In this document: in pieces, positions 41,501 to 52,800 of the stretch
Position numbering within the stretch: position 1 is the first letter of the stretch
How the letters are laid out: every line of letters starts with the position of its first letter
Source of the DNA: Macrostomum lignano
Lineage: Eukaryota
Direction of reading: 5' to 3'
Length of the DNA stretch: 64,000 nt
Assembly (NCBI GenBank): GCA_002269645.1
Contig: NIVC01000224.1
Span: 410,781-474,780 of the forward strand
Translations under genes and position numbers: made by a program
The notes under the pieces: model-generated
The model's input: the letters and a program-made list of their open reading frames with translations, nothing else
Told to the model about the DNA's origin: nothing
Databases searched by the model: none

Positions 41501-43001
41501 CCTCTCTCTACTCCCCCAGAATCGCCCTCGCTCCACCCTGCCTACTTCTAAAGAGTTTGTTCTCTCAAATAATGATGAAGTCTGGCAGCTCATATTTCTT
41601 TTTTATAAGGTTTTCAAATCTTGCAATCGTAACTCTACTCGTGTGCATTGTAGTTCTCAGAAACTTCTCAAAAGTCTTGTGAATATCATTTTTTCTCTGC
41701 CAGTCAGAATCAATTTCTCTAAATCCTTTGCAACACGGCATGATAGGAAATCAGTCTTGGCTTGAGTTGAGCAGCTAAAATGGCTTCTTATCTGTCTGTC
41801 TGTCTGCAGTTGCTGCGTGTGCACCTTAAATGCGTAGCTTGGATTTGAAATAATAAAACGACATTTTCTGACCTGAGATATCAAATTTTCTTTCATCTCT
41901 CCGTCTGTCTCTCATGGCTATATGTACTTCTCTCTGTCTACTTCTCTCCTGCCTACTTTTCTCCTCTATGTCTACTTCTCTCCTTTATGTCTACTCCTCT
42001 CATTCATGTGTACTTTCTCTCCTTAATGTCTACTTCTCTCCTCTATGTCTACTTCTCTCCTTTATATCTACTTCTCTCCTCTGTCTACTCTTCTCCTCTC
42101 TGTCTACTTCTCTCCTTTATGTCTACTTTCTCTCCTTTATTTCTAATTTCTTTCCTCTCTGTCTACTTTTTTCTGTCTAATTTCTCTCCTCTCTGTCTAC
42201 TTCTCTCCTCTGTCTAATTCTCTCCTACCTACTTTTCTTCTGTCTACTTGGCTTTTATCTGTCTACTTCTCCACTATCTACTTATTTCTCCCTTCTGAAC
42301 GAGAGACTATATCCATCTCCTATAATGCTCATTTTTCCACTATTCCCTCGTGCTCTCCAGGCGGCGGCCAGCGCTCCACGGTGATTCACTACATGAAGAA
42401 CAACCGGCCGGTGCAGCCGCCCGACCTCATCCTTGCCGACTCCGGCGCTGATGTCCAAGGCTACGTTAGCGACATCACTCGAACCTGGCCAGCCTCCCCG
42501 GACGGTTTCACGCCTCATCAGCTAGTTGCCTACGAGATTGTCCGTCAGCTACTGATTGACTGTCGGGATCATTGTCGGATCGGAGTGTCGCTTGACGATG
42601 TCCACCTGTACATGGGCCAGAAACTGCGGGCTCGCCTCATTGAAGCCTCGATGCTCACGGAGGCCGGGGCCAGCCTGAGCTCTCACGCGCTGTGCCACGC
42701 CCTCTGTCCTCATCACGTGTCTCACTATCTCGGCATGGACGTCCACGATACGCCCAGCGTGTCCAGGTCCGAGCCTCTGCAGTGTGGCGTGGTGTTTCCC
42801 CTGGAGCCGGGGCTCTACCTGTCCCCTGACTGTCAGCTGGTGCATCAGGAGTTCCGCGGACTTGGCGGTGTTCGACTTGAAGACGATTTCGCTATTGGAG
42901 ACACTGGCGAGCTGGAACTGCTGACTGGATCGGCTGCGCTGGACCCTGAGACTGTTCAGCGGCTGGCTGGTGACGCTGAGACCTACTCTGCCAGCATCTG
43001 A
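32506..43001 (+). CDS. XPNPEP3: Xaa-Pro aminopeptidase 3 (M24B; mitochondrial intermediate-cleaving peptidase Icp55-like)
   Basis: Phase-consistent exons 32506-32720, 34112-34522, 38551-38861 and 42361-43001. Arg/Ser-rich presequence (MLRKFSACRRFLSS). Motifs PYTMRQNSYFRYLTG, RWRKSAKEL, LAYPPVIGGG, LADSGADVQGYVSDITRTWP, HHVSHYLGMDVHD, PLEPGLY and GVRLEDD; the metal ligands D, D, H, E, E are intact. Confidence 0.9.
32870..33365. repeat. CT-rich minisatellite, XPNPEP3 intron 1
   Basis: Units such as CCCTATCTCTCTCTCACCCTCTCCCTCT. Confidence 0.9.
33663..33725 (+). mobile_element. Degenerate tRNA-like SINE head (tentative)
   Basis: GGAGGCCGAAGCCTAGCGGTCTAGCGC..GGCTCGATTCC resembles A and B boxes. 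No intact cloverleaf. Confidence 0.35.
34590..35190. repeat. About 22-bp AT-rich degenerate minisatellite
   Basis: Unit approximately GACTTGAGTCTTTGTTTTAGTT. Confidence 0.85.
35848..36560. repeat. 22-bp purine-rich minisatellite
   Basis: Unit GGGAGTGAGATGCAGGGAGACA. Confidence 0.92.
37190..38420. repeat. 23-bp purine-rich minisatellite
   Basis: Unit GGGAGACGGGGAGTAGAGGTGCA, with a gradient of variants. Confidence 0.93.
38900..40040. repeat. Two adjacent related minisatellites (22 bp, then 23 bp)
   Basis: GTAGGGATATTGTAGGTTAGAT to about 39270, then GTGATAGATGTAGGGATACTCAA. Confidence 0.93.
40425..42290. repeat. CT-rich minisatellites, XPNPEP3 intron 3
   Basis: TCTGTCTACTCTCTGTCTGCATC units at 40425-41480 and TCTACTTCTCTCC-type units at 41900-42290. 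Confidence 0.9.
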
Positions 43002-43054
43002 TTAGGGGTGCCGTTAAGATTTTGTTTGGGGATATTCGTGGCGCTTATCTCCCT

Positions 43055-43590
43055 CACTAATCCCCTTTTTAGATCCCCCCTCTAATCCCCTTCTCAGATC
43101 CCTGTCTAATCCCTTTCTCAGATCCCCGTCTCTAATCCCCTTTCTCAGATCCCTCTCTCTAATCCCCTTTCTCTTATCCCTCTCTCTAATCCCCTTTCTC
43201 AGATCCCTCTCTCTAATCCCCTGTCTCAGATCCCTGTCTCTATTCCCCTTTCTCTTATCCCTCTCTCTAATCCCCTTTCTCAGATCCCTCTCTCTAATCC
43301 CCTGTCTCAGATCCCTGTCTCTATTCCCCTTTCTCAGATCACTCTCTCTAATCCCCTTTCTCAGATCCCTCTCTCTAATCCCCTTTCTCAGATCCCTCTC
43401 TCTAATCCCCTTTCTCAGATCCCTCTCTCTAATCCCCTGTCTCAGATCCCTGTCTCTATTCCCCTTTCTCAGATCACTCTCTCTAATCCCCTTTCTCAGA
43501 TCCCTCTCTCTAATCCCCTTTCTCAGATCCCTCTCTCTAATCCCCTTTCTCAGATCCCTGTCTCTATTCCCCTTTCTCTTATCCCTCTCC
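43055..43590. repeat. 27-bp minisatellite
   Basis: Unit TTTCTCAGATCCCTCTCTCTAATCCCC. Confidence 0.92.
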
Positions 43591-44229
43591 CTCTCCTTTC
43601 ATGATGCCCTCCCCTGATCCTCTCTCTCCCACTAGTTTTCGACTCCATTTAATTTGAGAACTCCTAGCTCTCTCTGGATTGAGAGGTTTCGCTTGTCACT
43701 GTCACCTTTGCAGCTTGCTCATTGAGCGGTTACTGGAGCCCAGACAGTTGCAAATCCGATTTTTATAATGTTTGTTTTCAAAGGTGCACATCATCTGCAT
43801 GCATTGAATGAAAATAACTCAGTTTTGTTATTGCCACATGTCAAATATATATATGATGAAGCAGTTATTTATAATCTTTAATTCTGTGAATCATGAGGAC
43901 CCGCAGAATTTATGCATTATGTACATTCTGACTTCCAAATAATTTCTCGACTCTACGAGTCCCGACAGTTAAACAACACGGATTTAAAGAGAGATTTGTC
44001 GCGATGGCAGGAAAAGCTCCTCTTTTATGGTGTTTTTTCACAAGTTTTATTATTCAAAAGTAAATTTGCGTTTTAATTTCTAATAGATATACGAATGATC
44101 CTTATCTATAGTTTACCTATCTATTAGGTAATTCTTTCTTGGGATGCACATAGTGAGCCGCGTAGAAACCAGGGACTCTGGTTTGTTTCATCATTCCAAT
44201 CTGTTTTGTTCCTACAAGCGTGTAAAAGC

Positions 44230-44790
44230 ATCTCTGTCTACTCTATCTGCATCTCTGTCTACTCTGTCTGCATCTCTGTCTACTCTATCTGCATCTCTGT
44301 CTACTCTGTCTGCATCTCTGTCTAATCTCTATCTGCATCTCTGTCTACTCTCTTTCTGCATCCTCTATCTACTCTGTCTGCATCTTTGTCTAATCTCTGT
44401 CTACATCTGTCTAATCTCTGCATCTTTGTCTACTCTATTTCTGCATCCTCTATCTACTCTGTCTGCATCTATGTCTACTCTCTGTCTGCATCCCTGTCTA
44501 ATCTCTGTCTATTCTGTCTGTATCTCTTTCTACTCTGTCTGCATCACTGTCTAATCTTTATCTGCATATCTGTCTACTCTCTGTCTGCATCCCTGTCTAA
44601 TCTCTTTCTACTCTGTCTGCATCTCTGTCTACTCTGTCTGTATCTCTGTCTACTCTGTCTGCATCTCTTTCTACTCTGTGTGCATCTCTGTCTAATCTTT
44701 ATCTGCATCTCTGTCTACTCTCTGTCTGCATCTCTTTCTACTCTGTCTGCATCTCTGTCTAATCTTTATCTGCATCTCTGTCTACTCTTT
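44230..44790. repeat. CT-rich minisatellite, same family as 40425-41480
   Basis: TCTGTCTACTCTGTCTGCATC units. Confidence 0.9.
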
Positions 44791-44912
44791 TCCCTGCCCC
44801 TCTCCCCTACTTTGTTTGTTAAACACGTATCCCTTGCTTCTCTGCGGCTAAGCTCAATGTGCTTGAACTACACGTCTATAAGAAATAGCAATTCAAAAAT
44901 GAGCGGCGTCTT

Positions 44913-46094
44913 TCACACTGCCGTCTCTCTGGCCGCGTCTAGAGCTGCACCGAAGCGGCTTGGCGAACATTCCAACAGAGTGATGGTGTCAAATTCCTTT
45001 CTGATGGCTTGTACTGAAGCTCGCTTAGGTTCAGACTCTGCCGCTGCTTCAGCTGTTGGTTTTGCCAGTTTAGTTGACTCCTGCGGCGACCATTGACGCT
45101 TCCGCCGGCCGCGACGCCTGTCAGAGTAGGAATAGGCGCTCCTGTCTCCGCCCCGGCGGCACATTCCAGTTGTGCAAGTGAGAACAAAGAAGTTGAACAG
45201 CGAGTCGAGCTCTACCAGGGTGTTGACTATCAGCTCAGATAGGGGTGTCTTGCTGCGCACAAAGCCGCACAGGTCCGTTGGGCCTTCGAGAATGAGGCAG
45301 CTGACCGACAGAGTGACTATGATGCGAATGGCCTGTCGCTCTCGTCTGCACTGACGCTCGGTGGCGCCGGAGGCTGCTGTGGCCCTGCGCTGGAATCCGG
45401 CTCGACGAAGGACGCACACAGTGACGCAGGTGGCTGCAAAGATAGACACTATCGGCAGCATGCCCTGATAGGTGTAGAACGTCACCTCGATCGCGTGCAA
45501 TCGCCATCCGTCGAGTCTGTTAGCGTCGTGAGCTATCACCATGGCAACGCTGAGCGCCAGGCCGACCCCGCCTGCTCCAATTTCCATAGCGACCACGTTA
45601 GACAGTCTGAACAGAGAGTGGGACCTAGCCGCTAGCGGCCGGAACACAGCTTCCAGACGGGACCAGGAGATGAAGTTCATAGTCCAGTTGCGCATGGTCA
45701 GGGAGAATCTCAGTACGCAGAGCTGCACAACCGAGCCCAGACCGGAAACCGGATCCAGACGGACTCCCTCCACCCCGCTGGCTCTCTGGTGCAGCATCCT
45801 GGCGTAGAATGCCAGCACAGAGCCGTGGAACACCACTTCAAAGGCCGACAGGGCCACTAGGAGTCGGCGTAGCACCGGGTGCACCGAGCCGACGTTCCTG
45901 GCGAAGAAGCCCAACGACCAGGCTGACAGCAGCGCGTTCACGGTGGACAGAGGAATGTAGAAATACGGCTCCAGCTCGTGCATCCTTGAGCAGTTCTGGC
46001 TGCAGTAGTTTATCCCACGGATTTGGCCGCTATCGTTGCTGCTTAAGTCGATATTATTAACCGACAGGTGGATCTCATGCGTGATGGACTCCAT
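44913..46094 (-). CDS. Intronless class A (rhodopsin-like) GPCR, peptide-receptor-like orphan
   Basis: Seven hydrophobic segments and N-terminal sequons (NDS, NCS). TM3 is LTMRNWTMNFISWSRLEAVFRPL (DRY replaced by SRL), TM5 TFYTYQGMLP, TM6 LSVSCLILEGP and TM7 LVELDSLFNFFV. The start is taken at MESITHE (46094); the ORF is open back to 46286. Confidence 0.8.
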   Translation of the reverse strand: MESITHEIHLSVNNIDLSSNDSGQIRGINYCSQNCSRMHELEPYFYIPLSTVNALLSAWSLGFFARNVGSVHPVLRRLLVALSAFEVVFHGSVLAFYARMLHQRASGVEGVRLDPVSGLGSVVQLCVLRFSLTMRNWTMNFISWSRLEAVFRPLAARSHSLFRLSNVVAMEIGAGGVGLALSVAMVIAHDANRLDGWRLHAIEVTFYTYQGMLPIVSIFAATCVTVCVLRRAGFQRRATAASGATERQCRRERQAIRIIVTLSVSCLILEGPTDLCGFVRSKTPLSELIVNTLVELDSLFNFFVLTCTTGMCRRGGDRSAYSYSDRRRGRRKRQWSPQESTKLAKPTAEAAAESEPKRASVQAIRKEFDTITLLECSPSRFGAALDAARETAV

Positions 46095-46465
46095 GCTTTT
46101 ATGTAAATTACTTGACCTTCGCTCTAGGCTGCGCTTCGGAATGCGTCCCGACAGCTGGCTTGCGGACGGCTTGTTGACTAGACGCTGGATTAAATCTTCG
46201 GGTCCCGAGCCAATGGGAGACGAAGCTATGCTGTGCACTATTGCTTTATCCAATATACGACTGGCAAACTGTCTCTGAGCCAACAATTCCTCACTTGATC
46301 GCCTGAGCCAACTGATTATCTGCGCTACTTAGAACTTAGCTTGAGACTAATTAATAAATGTCTGAAATTTGGAAAGCAAGCACAAGTATCGATTAGTTAG
46401 TGAGGTTCGTTCAACTCAAGTTGTATTTTTTATAAATAAAGACTGGCTGACTGACTCTGTCTGTT

Positions 46466-46467
46466 AA

Positions 46468-46518
<51 letters not shown>

Positions 46519-46571
46519 TTCTGTCTGTCTGTCTGTCTGTCTGTGTCTGTCTGTCTGTCTGTCTGTCTGTG

Positions 46572-46632
<61 letters not shown>

Positions 46633-46649
46633 TTCTGTCTGTTAGTCTT

Positions 46650-46684
<35 letters not shown>

Positions 46685-46717
46685 TTCTGTCTGTTAGTCT
46701 TTCTGTTTGTCTGTCTT

Positions 46718-46772
<55 letters not shown>

Positions 46773-46773
46773 T

Positions 46774-46804
<31 letters not shown>

Positions 46805-46805
46805 T

Positions 46806-46856
<51 letters not shown>

Positions 46857-46868
46857 TTCTGTCTGTCG

Positions 46869-46940
<72 letters not shown>
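46466..46940. repeat. (TGTC)n microsatellite
   Basis: Direct reading. Confidence 0.97.
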
Positions 46941-47299
46941 TCGAAGTCTTAAAATAGCAGTCAGTCACCAAAACAGCCTGCTTATAAAAATCCCTTAAAA
47001 CACTCAGGCACGCAAATCAGCAGCGTTGGGAATCCGGAAACTTTGTTCGTTCGATAAACCTTGGCTTAATATCTAATTAGTCGTGTTTTCCAGTTGCTAG
47101 TACAGTGGCCTGGGATTCCAAAGTAACTTTTCAGCGGATGAGGACCCGACTCTCTACCATTTTTAGTTGATTTTCAAAGCTAGTTTTTAATTACAGAGAT
47201 TTCTTCATAAGTTTTCAAGCAAGGTTTGAGTCGTCAATTTTTGAAATGCAATTAAAAGAACAATTTGCAAAAAAATTTCATTACTCAGGTTTCTCGGAT

Positions 47300-47800
47300 G
47301 CTGGGCCAGCCTCCCAGATCCTCAGTTGCTGGGCCAGCCTCCCAGACCCTCAGTTGCTGGGCCAGCCTTCCAGATCCTCAGTTGCTGGGCCAGCCTCCCA
47401 GACCCTCAGTTTCTGGGCCAGCCTCCCAGATCCTCAGTTGCTGGGCCAGCCTCCCAGACCCTCAGTTGCTGGGCCAGCCTCCCAGACCCTCAGTTGCTGG
47501 GCCAGCCTTCCAGATCCTCAGTTGCTGGGCCAGCCTCCCAGACCCTCAGTTTCTGGGCCAGCCTCCCAGATCCTCAGTTGCTGGGCCAGCCTCCCAGACC
47601 CTCAGTTGCTGGGCCAGCCTTCCAGATCCTCAGTTGCTGGGCCAGCCTCCCAGATTCTCAGTTGCTGGGCCACCAGCCTCCCAGGTCCTCAGTTGCTGGG
47701 CCAGCCTTCCAGATCCTCAGTTGCTGGGCCAGCCTCCCAGATCCTCAGTTGCTGGGCCAGCCTCCCAGGTCCTCAGTTGCTGGGCCAGCCTCCCAGATCC
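47300..47800. repeat. 28-bp minisatellite
   Basis: Unit CCTCAGTTGCTGGGCCAGCCTCCCAGAT. Confidence 0.93.
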
Positions 47801-48244
47801 ATAGTAGTTTTGCTAGTACTCTCTTCATAATTTCAGTAGCTTTTGAAAATCATTTGATAACTAAATGCCGCATATCCATTTAATGATGCCCGTAAAGGGT
47901 GGGTGCTCCGACTTCGTCTTGTCTAAGAGAAAGGAGACCTTTCTAGGCACTAATGAGATCCTTTTTCTTTCGGCAACTTGTAATTTTGAGTTTGACCAGC
48001 CAAGTCGGCATGCATGCCGTCTGCTTTGAAGATCAGCTTTTCCGCTCCGTGCAATTAAAAAATATAGGCATTTGTAAGGCCAACCTTCATTTTTGCGAGG
48101 CCAGGGAAGCTTTTTATTGGATCATGCTAACCTTATCTTAACGTTACACCCAAAATTTAAATCAAGTTTAGGTCTTGACCAATTTCTTGTTTGCATTCAC
48201 ATGAAATGCGCTATGATTTCCTGGTTGCAATAGAGCCAATAGAG

Positions 48245-48945
48245 GAATGTGCCATGATTACCTTGTTGCACTTGAGGAATGTGTCATGATTATCTGTTGC
48301 ACTTGAGGAATGTGCCATGATTATCTGTTGCACTTGAGGAATGTGCCATGATTACCTGGTTGCACTTGAGGAATGTGCCATGATTACCTGTTGCACATGA
48401 GGATTGTGCCATGATTATCTGTTGCACATGAGGAATGTGCCATGATTACCTGGTTGCACTTGAGGAATGTGCCATGATTACGATTACCTGGTTGCACTTG
48501 AGGAATGTGCCATGATTACCTGGTTGCACTTGAGAAATGTGCCATGATTACCTGTTGCACTTTGAGGAATGTGCCATGATTACCTGGTTGCACTTGAGGA
48601 ATGTGCCATGATTATCTGTTGCACTTGAGGAATGTGCCATGATTATCTGTTGCACATGAGGAATGTGCCATGATTACCTGTTGCACTTTGAGGAATGTGC
48701 CATGATTATCTGTTGCACATGAGGAATGTGCCACGATTACCTGGTTGCACTTGAGGAATGTGCCATGATTACCTGTTGCGCTTGAGGAATGTGCCATGAT
48801 TACCTGTTGCACTTGAGGAATGTGCCATGATTATCTGTTGCACTTGAGGAATGTGCCATGATTACCTGGTTGCACTTGAGGAATGTGCCATGATTACCTG
48901 GTTGCACTTGAGGAATGTGCCATGATTATCTGTTGCACTTGAGGA
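48245..48945. repeat. 31/32-bp minisatellite
   Basis: Unit CACTTGAGGAATGTGCCATGATTACCTGGTTG. Confidence 0.93.
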
Positions 48946-49790
48946 ATTGGGAGGCTTGGCAAAAGGCAGGCGTACATGATTTAAGCTACACAATCTAGCA
49001 CAGACTTTTTATACACAATCAGCATTGTCTTCTCCATTTAAAAACCCCATATACTAAAAAAACAAATCTAGCTATGCTATTTTTCCTGCAATAGGGAAAA
49101 TTTTCCCTGTCTAATCCGCTCTGCTGCATCAGAATGATCTCCGCTCATTCTACTTAGCTGCTGTCTTCTAAAATAAGCGCTTTTAATGTCTGCCGCTGGC
49201 AATTTCAAACGGCTCTCGACGAGAATGTAGAGAAAATCGTTTGAGTTTTTTTGGAGACGCAGTGTAGAGATCTCCAAATACGGTACAAAGTAAACTACTA
49301 TAAGTAGTAACGTAAAAATGCGAAAATGCGAATTTAAAATTTCCGAGTTGTCATACTCTATCTTTGAAAGACCACGAAAACAACGAGTGTTCATCTTTTG
49401 CAACATCTAAATTCAGAATCCCAAATATGGTACTCGATGCTCAAATCTATTGTATTCTATTCAATTTTTGAGAGGTCAAATTTCCAAAACGCGAAATCGT
49501 CACCTACTCAAAATAGCCTGATTCTCGCAAAATTTTACTATAAATACAAGCCAAAATCCGAGCTAAAAATCTCAGACTCGGAGCAGCCTCAAAACACCTT
49601 GAGTTTATTGCAGAAGCTAATCGAGGCTACCGATAGGAGCACACAACTCCGATTCCGTTATTTCTAGAAGAAGACGCCCTTTTTGGAGGACCTCGTTATT
49701 GTTATAGAAAGTTGACTTTGTTATTAGGGCGCATCGTTGATATTGATTTCTACTCTCGAGGAACACTGCGACGTCGATTTGTGGTCGGGA

Positions 49791-49882
49791 GGTTCCGCCT
49801 CCCGGAGCGCGCTCGCGCGCTTCCCATGGCTGCCGCCTTCACGCGGCGGGACCGTCCGGGTTCGCCCGGCCAAGTGCAGCCA
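49791..49882 (+). ncRNA. Predicted HDV-like self-cleaving ribozyme at the 5' end of the LINE
   Basis: Hand-folded in the correct order: P1 GGTTCCG 49791-97 / CGGGACC 49847-53; P2 TGGCTG 49827-32 / CAGCCA 49877-82; P3 CCG 49833-35 / CGG 49844-46; L3 CCTTCACG; J1/4 GT; P4 CCGGG-TTCG-CCCGG 49856-69; J4/2 CCAAGTG. Confidence 0.72.
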
Positions 49883-52800
49883 CCACCCCGGACCCGTGCG
49901 AGGGTCTTCGAGCGCCCCGGGTTTTTCCACGCTGAGCCAGGCCTCCCAGCTCACCTGGCTCAGCTGCTTCTCAGAGCTGGAGACGTCGAGTCCAACCCTG
50001 GGCCGGCCTTCCCGTGCGGAGGCTGTGCCGAGGAGGTAGCCAGGGGCTACTCCACCTGCTGCTCCGACTGCGGCCTGTGGTGGCACCGCCGCTGTTCCCG
50101 CCTCACTATTGCGGCTATCAACCGGCTCCACCGGGACAAGGCACCGTGGCACTGTCCCACCTGCGCCCACCAGCCTGCCGCTTCAGCGCCGCAGCCCGCT
50201 GCGACTCCGGCCCCTCCGCGGCTGCAGGCTCCACTGGCACCCACCAGACGCCAACGGCTACGACTCCACCTCCCCCGAACCCCGCACCGGCACCCCCGCC
50301 CCCCCTGATGGCGCAACCAGCGCGGGCGGGGCGCCGAACAACAGCGGGGCGGCTTTCCGCATCGTCCAGCTCAACGCGGCAGGGCTCCGCTCCCGCAAGC
50401 TGGAACTGCTCCACTTCCTGGAGAAGCAGGGCGCCGACGTCGCCTGCATCCAGGAGACGAACCTGTCCGGCAACACAGCGGCCCCACGCCTCAAAGGGTG
50501 GCAGATCGCTGGCCGGAAGGACCGCAACATCGGCCGCGACGGGGAGGCAGCCAGAACCCACCACGGGGGCGTCTGCTTCCTTGTCAAGGAGGGCATTCAA
50601 TTCGCCGACCTTCCTCTAGGCGAGCTCGTCACCCACGCCACGTCCGCCGAAGCCTCGGGCCTCCGTATCCACGACCCCCGGCTACCACGTCCCCTGGATG
50701 TGATCAAAATCTACCTCCCGCCGGTCCGCGCCGCGGACGGCCGCACGGACGCCTTCGAGCCCGACTGGATCCCCGTTTCACGGGACTCGTTGGTGCTGGG
50801 CGACTTCAACGCCCACCACGGGATGTGGGACGCCTCGGCGGACGACGACGAGCTGGGCAGGGCCCTCGAAGACTGGGCGACGACCTACGACCTGGTCGCT
50901 CTGAACGACGGCTCCCCAACTAGGATCAGCCCCCGCGGCCTGCCGAGCTCCCCTGACGTCTCCTTCGCCCACGCCTCCTGGCAAGACCGGATCGAGTGGC
51001 GAACCGGGGAGCACATCGGCTCAGACCACCTGCCGATCATCATCGACATCGCAGCCTCCGGCCCGGCCCGCTCCAGCTCCAAGCGCCTGACGCGGTACGC
51101 CTACCACAAGGCGGACTGGGACCTGTTCCAGCGGACCCTCGACCAGGCCCTGGCCAGCTGGCCGGAGCGCCCCCCACGCACGGTGCCCGTCGCCGCCAAC
51201 CGGTTCGCGTCCGCCGTCACCAGCGCCGCCAAGGCGGCCATCCCGAGAGGCTGCCGGCGCGCCCCGATCGCCTGGTGGTGCCCGGAAGCCGAGGCGGCCT
51301 GCACCGCCCGCCGCGCGGCGCTCGAAGCGCTTCGCGCGAGCCCGGACGACCCGGCGCTCTCGGCCGCGTACCAGGCTGCTGCCGCCGCGGCTGCTCACGC
51401 CATCTGCCGCGCCAAGGAGTCGCTGTGGCGTGATTTCATCACTGACCCGGGTCACGACCTGTGTTCCGCCGACCTCTGGCGGATCATCCGGGCCCTCGAC
51501 GGACGGTCCCAGGGCACCCCCTCGTCGGCTGCCATCCAGGGCTCCACGGGGGCACCGGCCGTCTCCGACAAACAGAAGGCCGCGCTTTTCTGCCGGGAGT
51601 ACGCGGCCGTCAGCAGGCTCCCAAGAACAAGGCGGAAGACCGGCCGGTCATCCAAGAAGCCCGTCACACGCTTCGCGCCCCCTGCAGCTGCCAAGGCCTC
51701 CGCAGCGGCCCCTGCTCCGACTTCCAGCCCGACGCCCTCCGCCGCGCCTTGGTGCGCCTGCCGGACCGCTCGGCCCCGGGACCGGACGGTGTCGCGAACA
51801 TCATGCTGAAGCATCTGTCCGAACTGGGGCTCCGCTGCCTCCTGGACCTCCTGAACCTCTCGTGGAGGACGGGGGGGTGCCCGCCCCGTGGCGCCTTGCG
51901 GAGATCCGCCCGATCCCCAAATCGGACAAGCCAGCCGGCCTGACATCCAGCTTCCGCCCTATCAGCCTCCTCAGCTGCCTGGGCAAGCTCGCGGAGAAGA
52001 TGGTGAACGAGCGGCTGTCCTACATCCTCGAGGCAAATGACGCTCTCCACCCGTCGCAAGCCGGTTTCCGTCAGGGCCGCTCCACGGAGGAGCACATCGC
52101 CGCGGCGGCCCAGTACATTTTTGACGGTTTCCAGGCCAAGAAGCCGGCAGCCCGCACCGCTCTGCTCCTTGCAGACTTCTCCAGAGCCTACGACCGCGTC
52201 TGGAGAGCCGCCCTCATCGTCAAGCTCGGTCGGAAGGGGATCCCCACGTGCCTCATCCGCTGGCTCAAGGGATTTCTCTCCGACAGGAGGGCCTTCGTGC
52301 GGTGGGTTAGTGCGGCCTGCAAGCCAACCGTGTTCTCCGAGGGGCTGCCGCAGGGGTCGGTCCTCGCCCCGATCCTGTGGGTGATCTACATGGACGACCT
52401 CCTGGACGGCGCCCCCACGAACTGCCTCACGCTGGCGTACGCCGACGACAGCACCTTCGGCGCGCAAGGGACCACCCCTCGGGAGTGTGAGCGGGCCCTG
52501 CAACCGGCGGCCGACTGGCTCGTGCGCTGGTCCCAAACCTGGAAGGTGGACCTGAGCCGCACCAAGTCGGTCGTCGCTTTCTTCTCGCTCGACCCCCGGG
52601 AGGTCAACGGAAAGGTCCAGCCGCGCATCCTCCTCGGCGACTCGCCAGCTCCGTTCGAGCTGCATCCGAGGCTCCTGGGAGTGCACCTCGACTCCCAGCT
52701 GACCTTCCGCCACCACGCCGAGCTCCGGCGCCGCGCCCTCCAGCAGCGCACCGGCGTCCTACGCTGCCTCGCGGGCCGCGACTGGGGCCAGGACGGCCAG

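Noticed and set aside
42505-42521. Minus-strand CTGATGAG-GCGT-GAAAC hammerhead-like core
   Set aside because: It lies in the XPNPEP3 coding exon (DGFTPHQL), and no stem II or supporting stems I/III were found.
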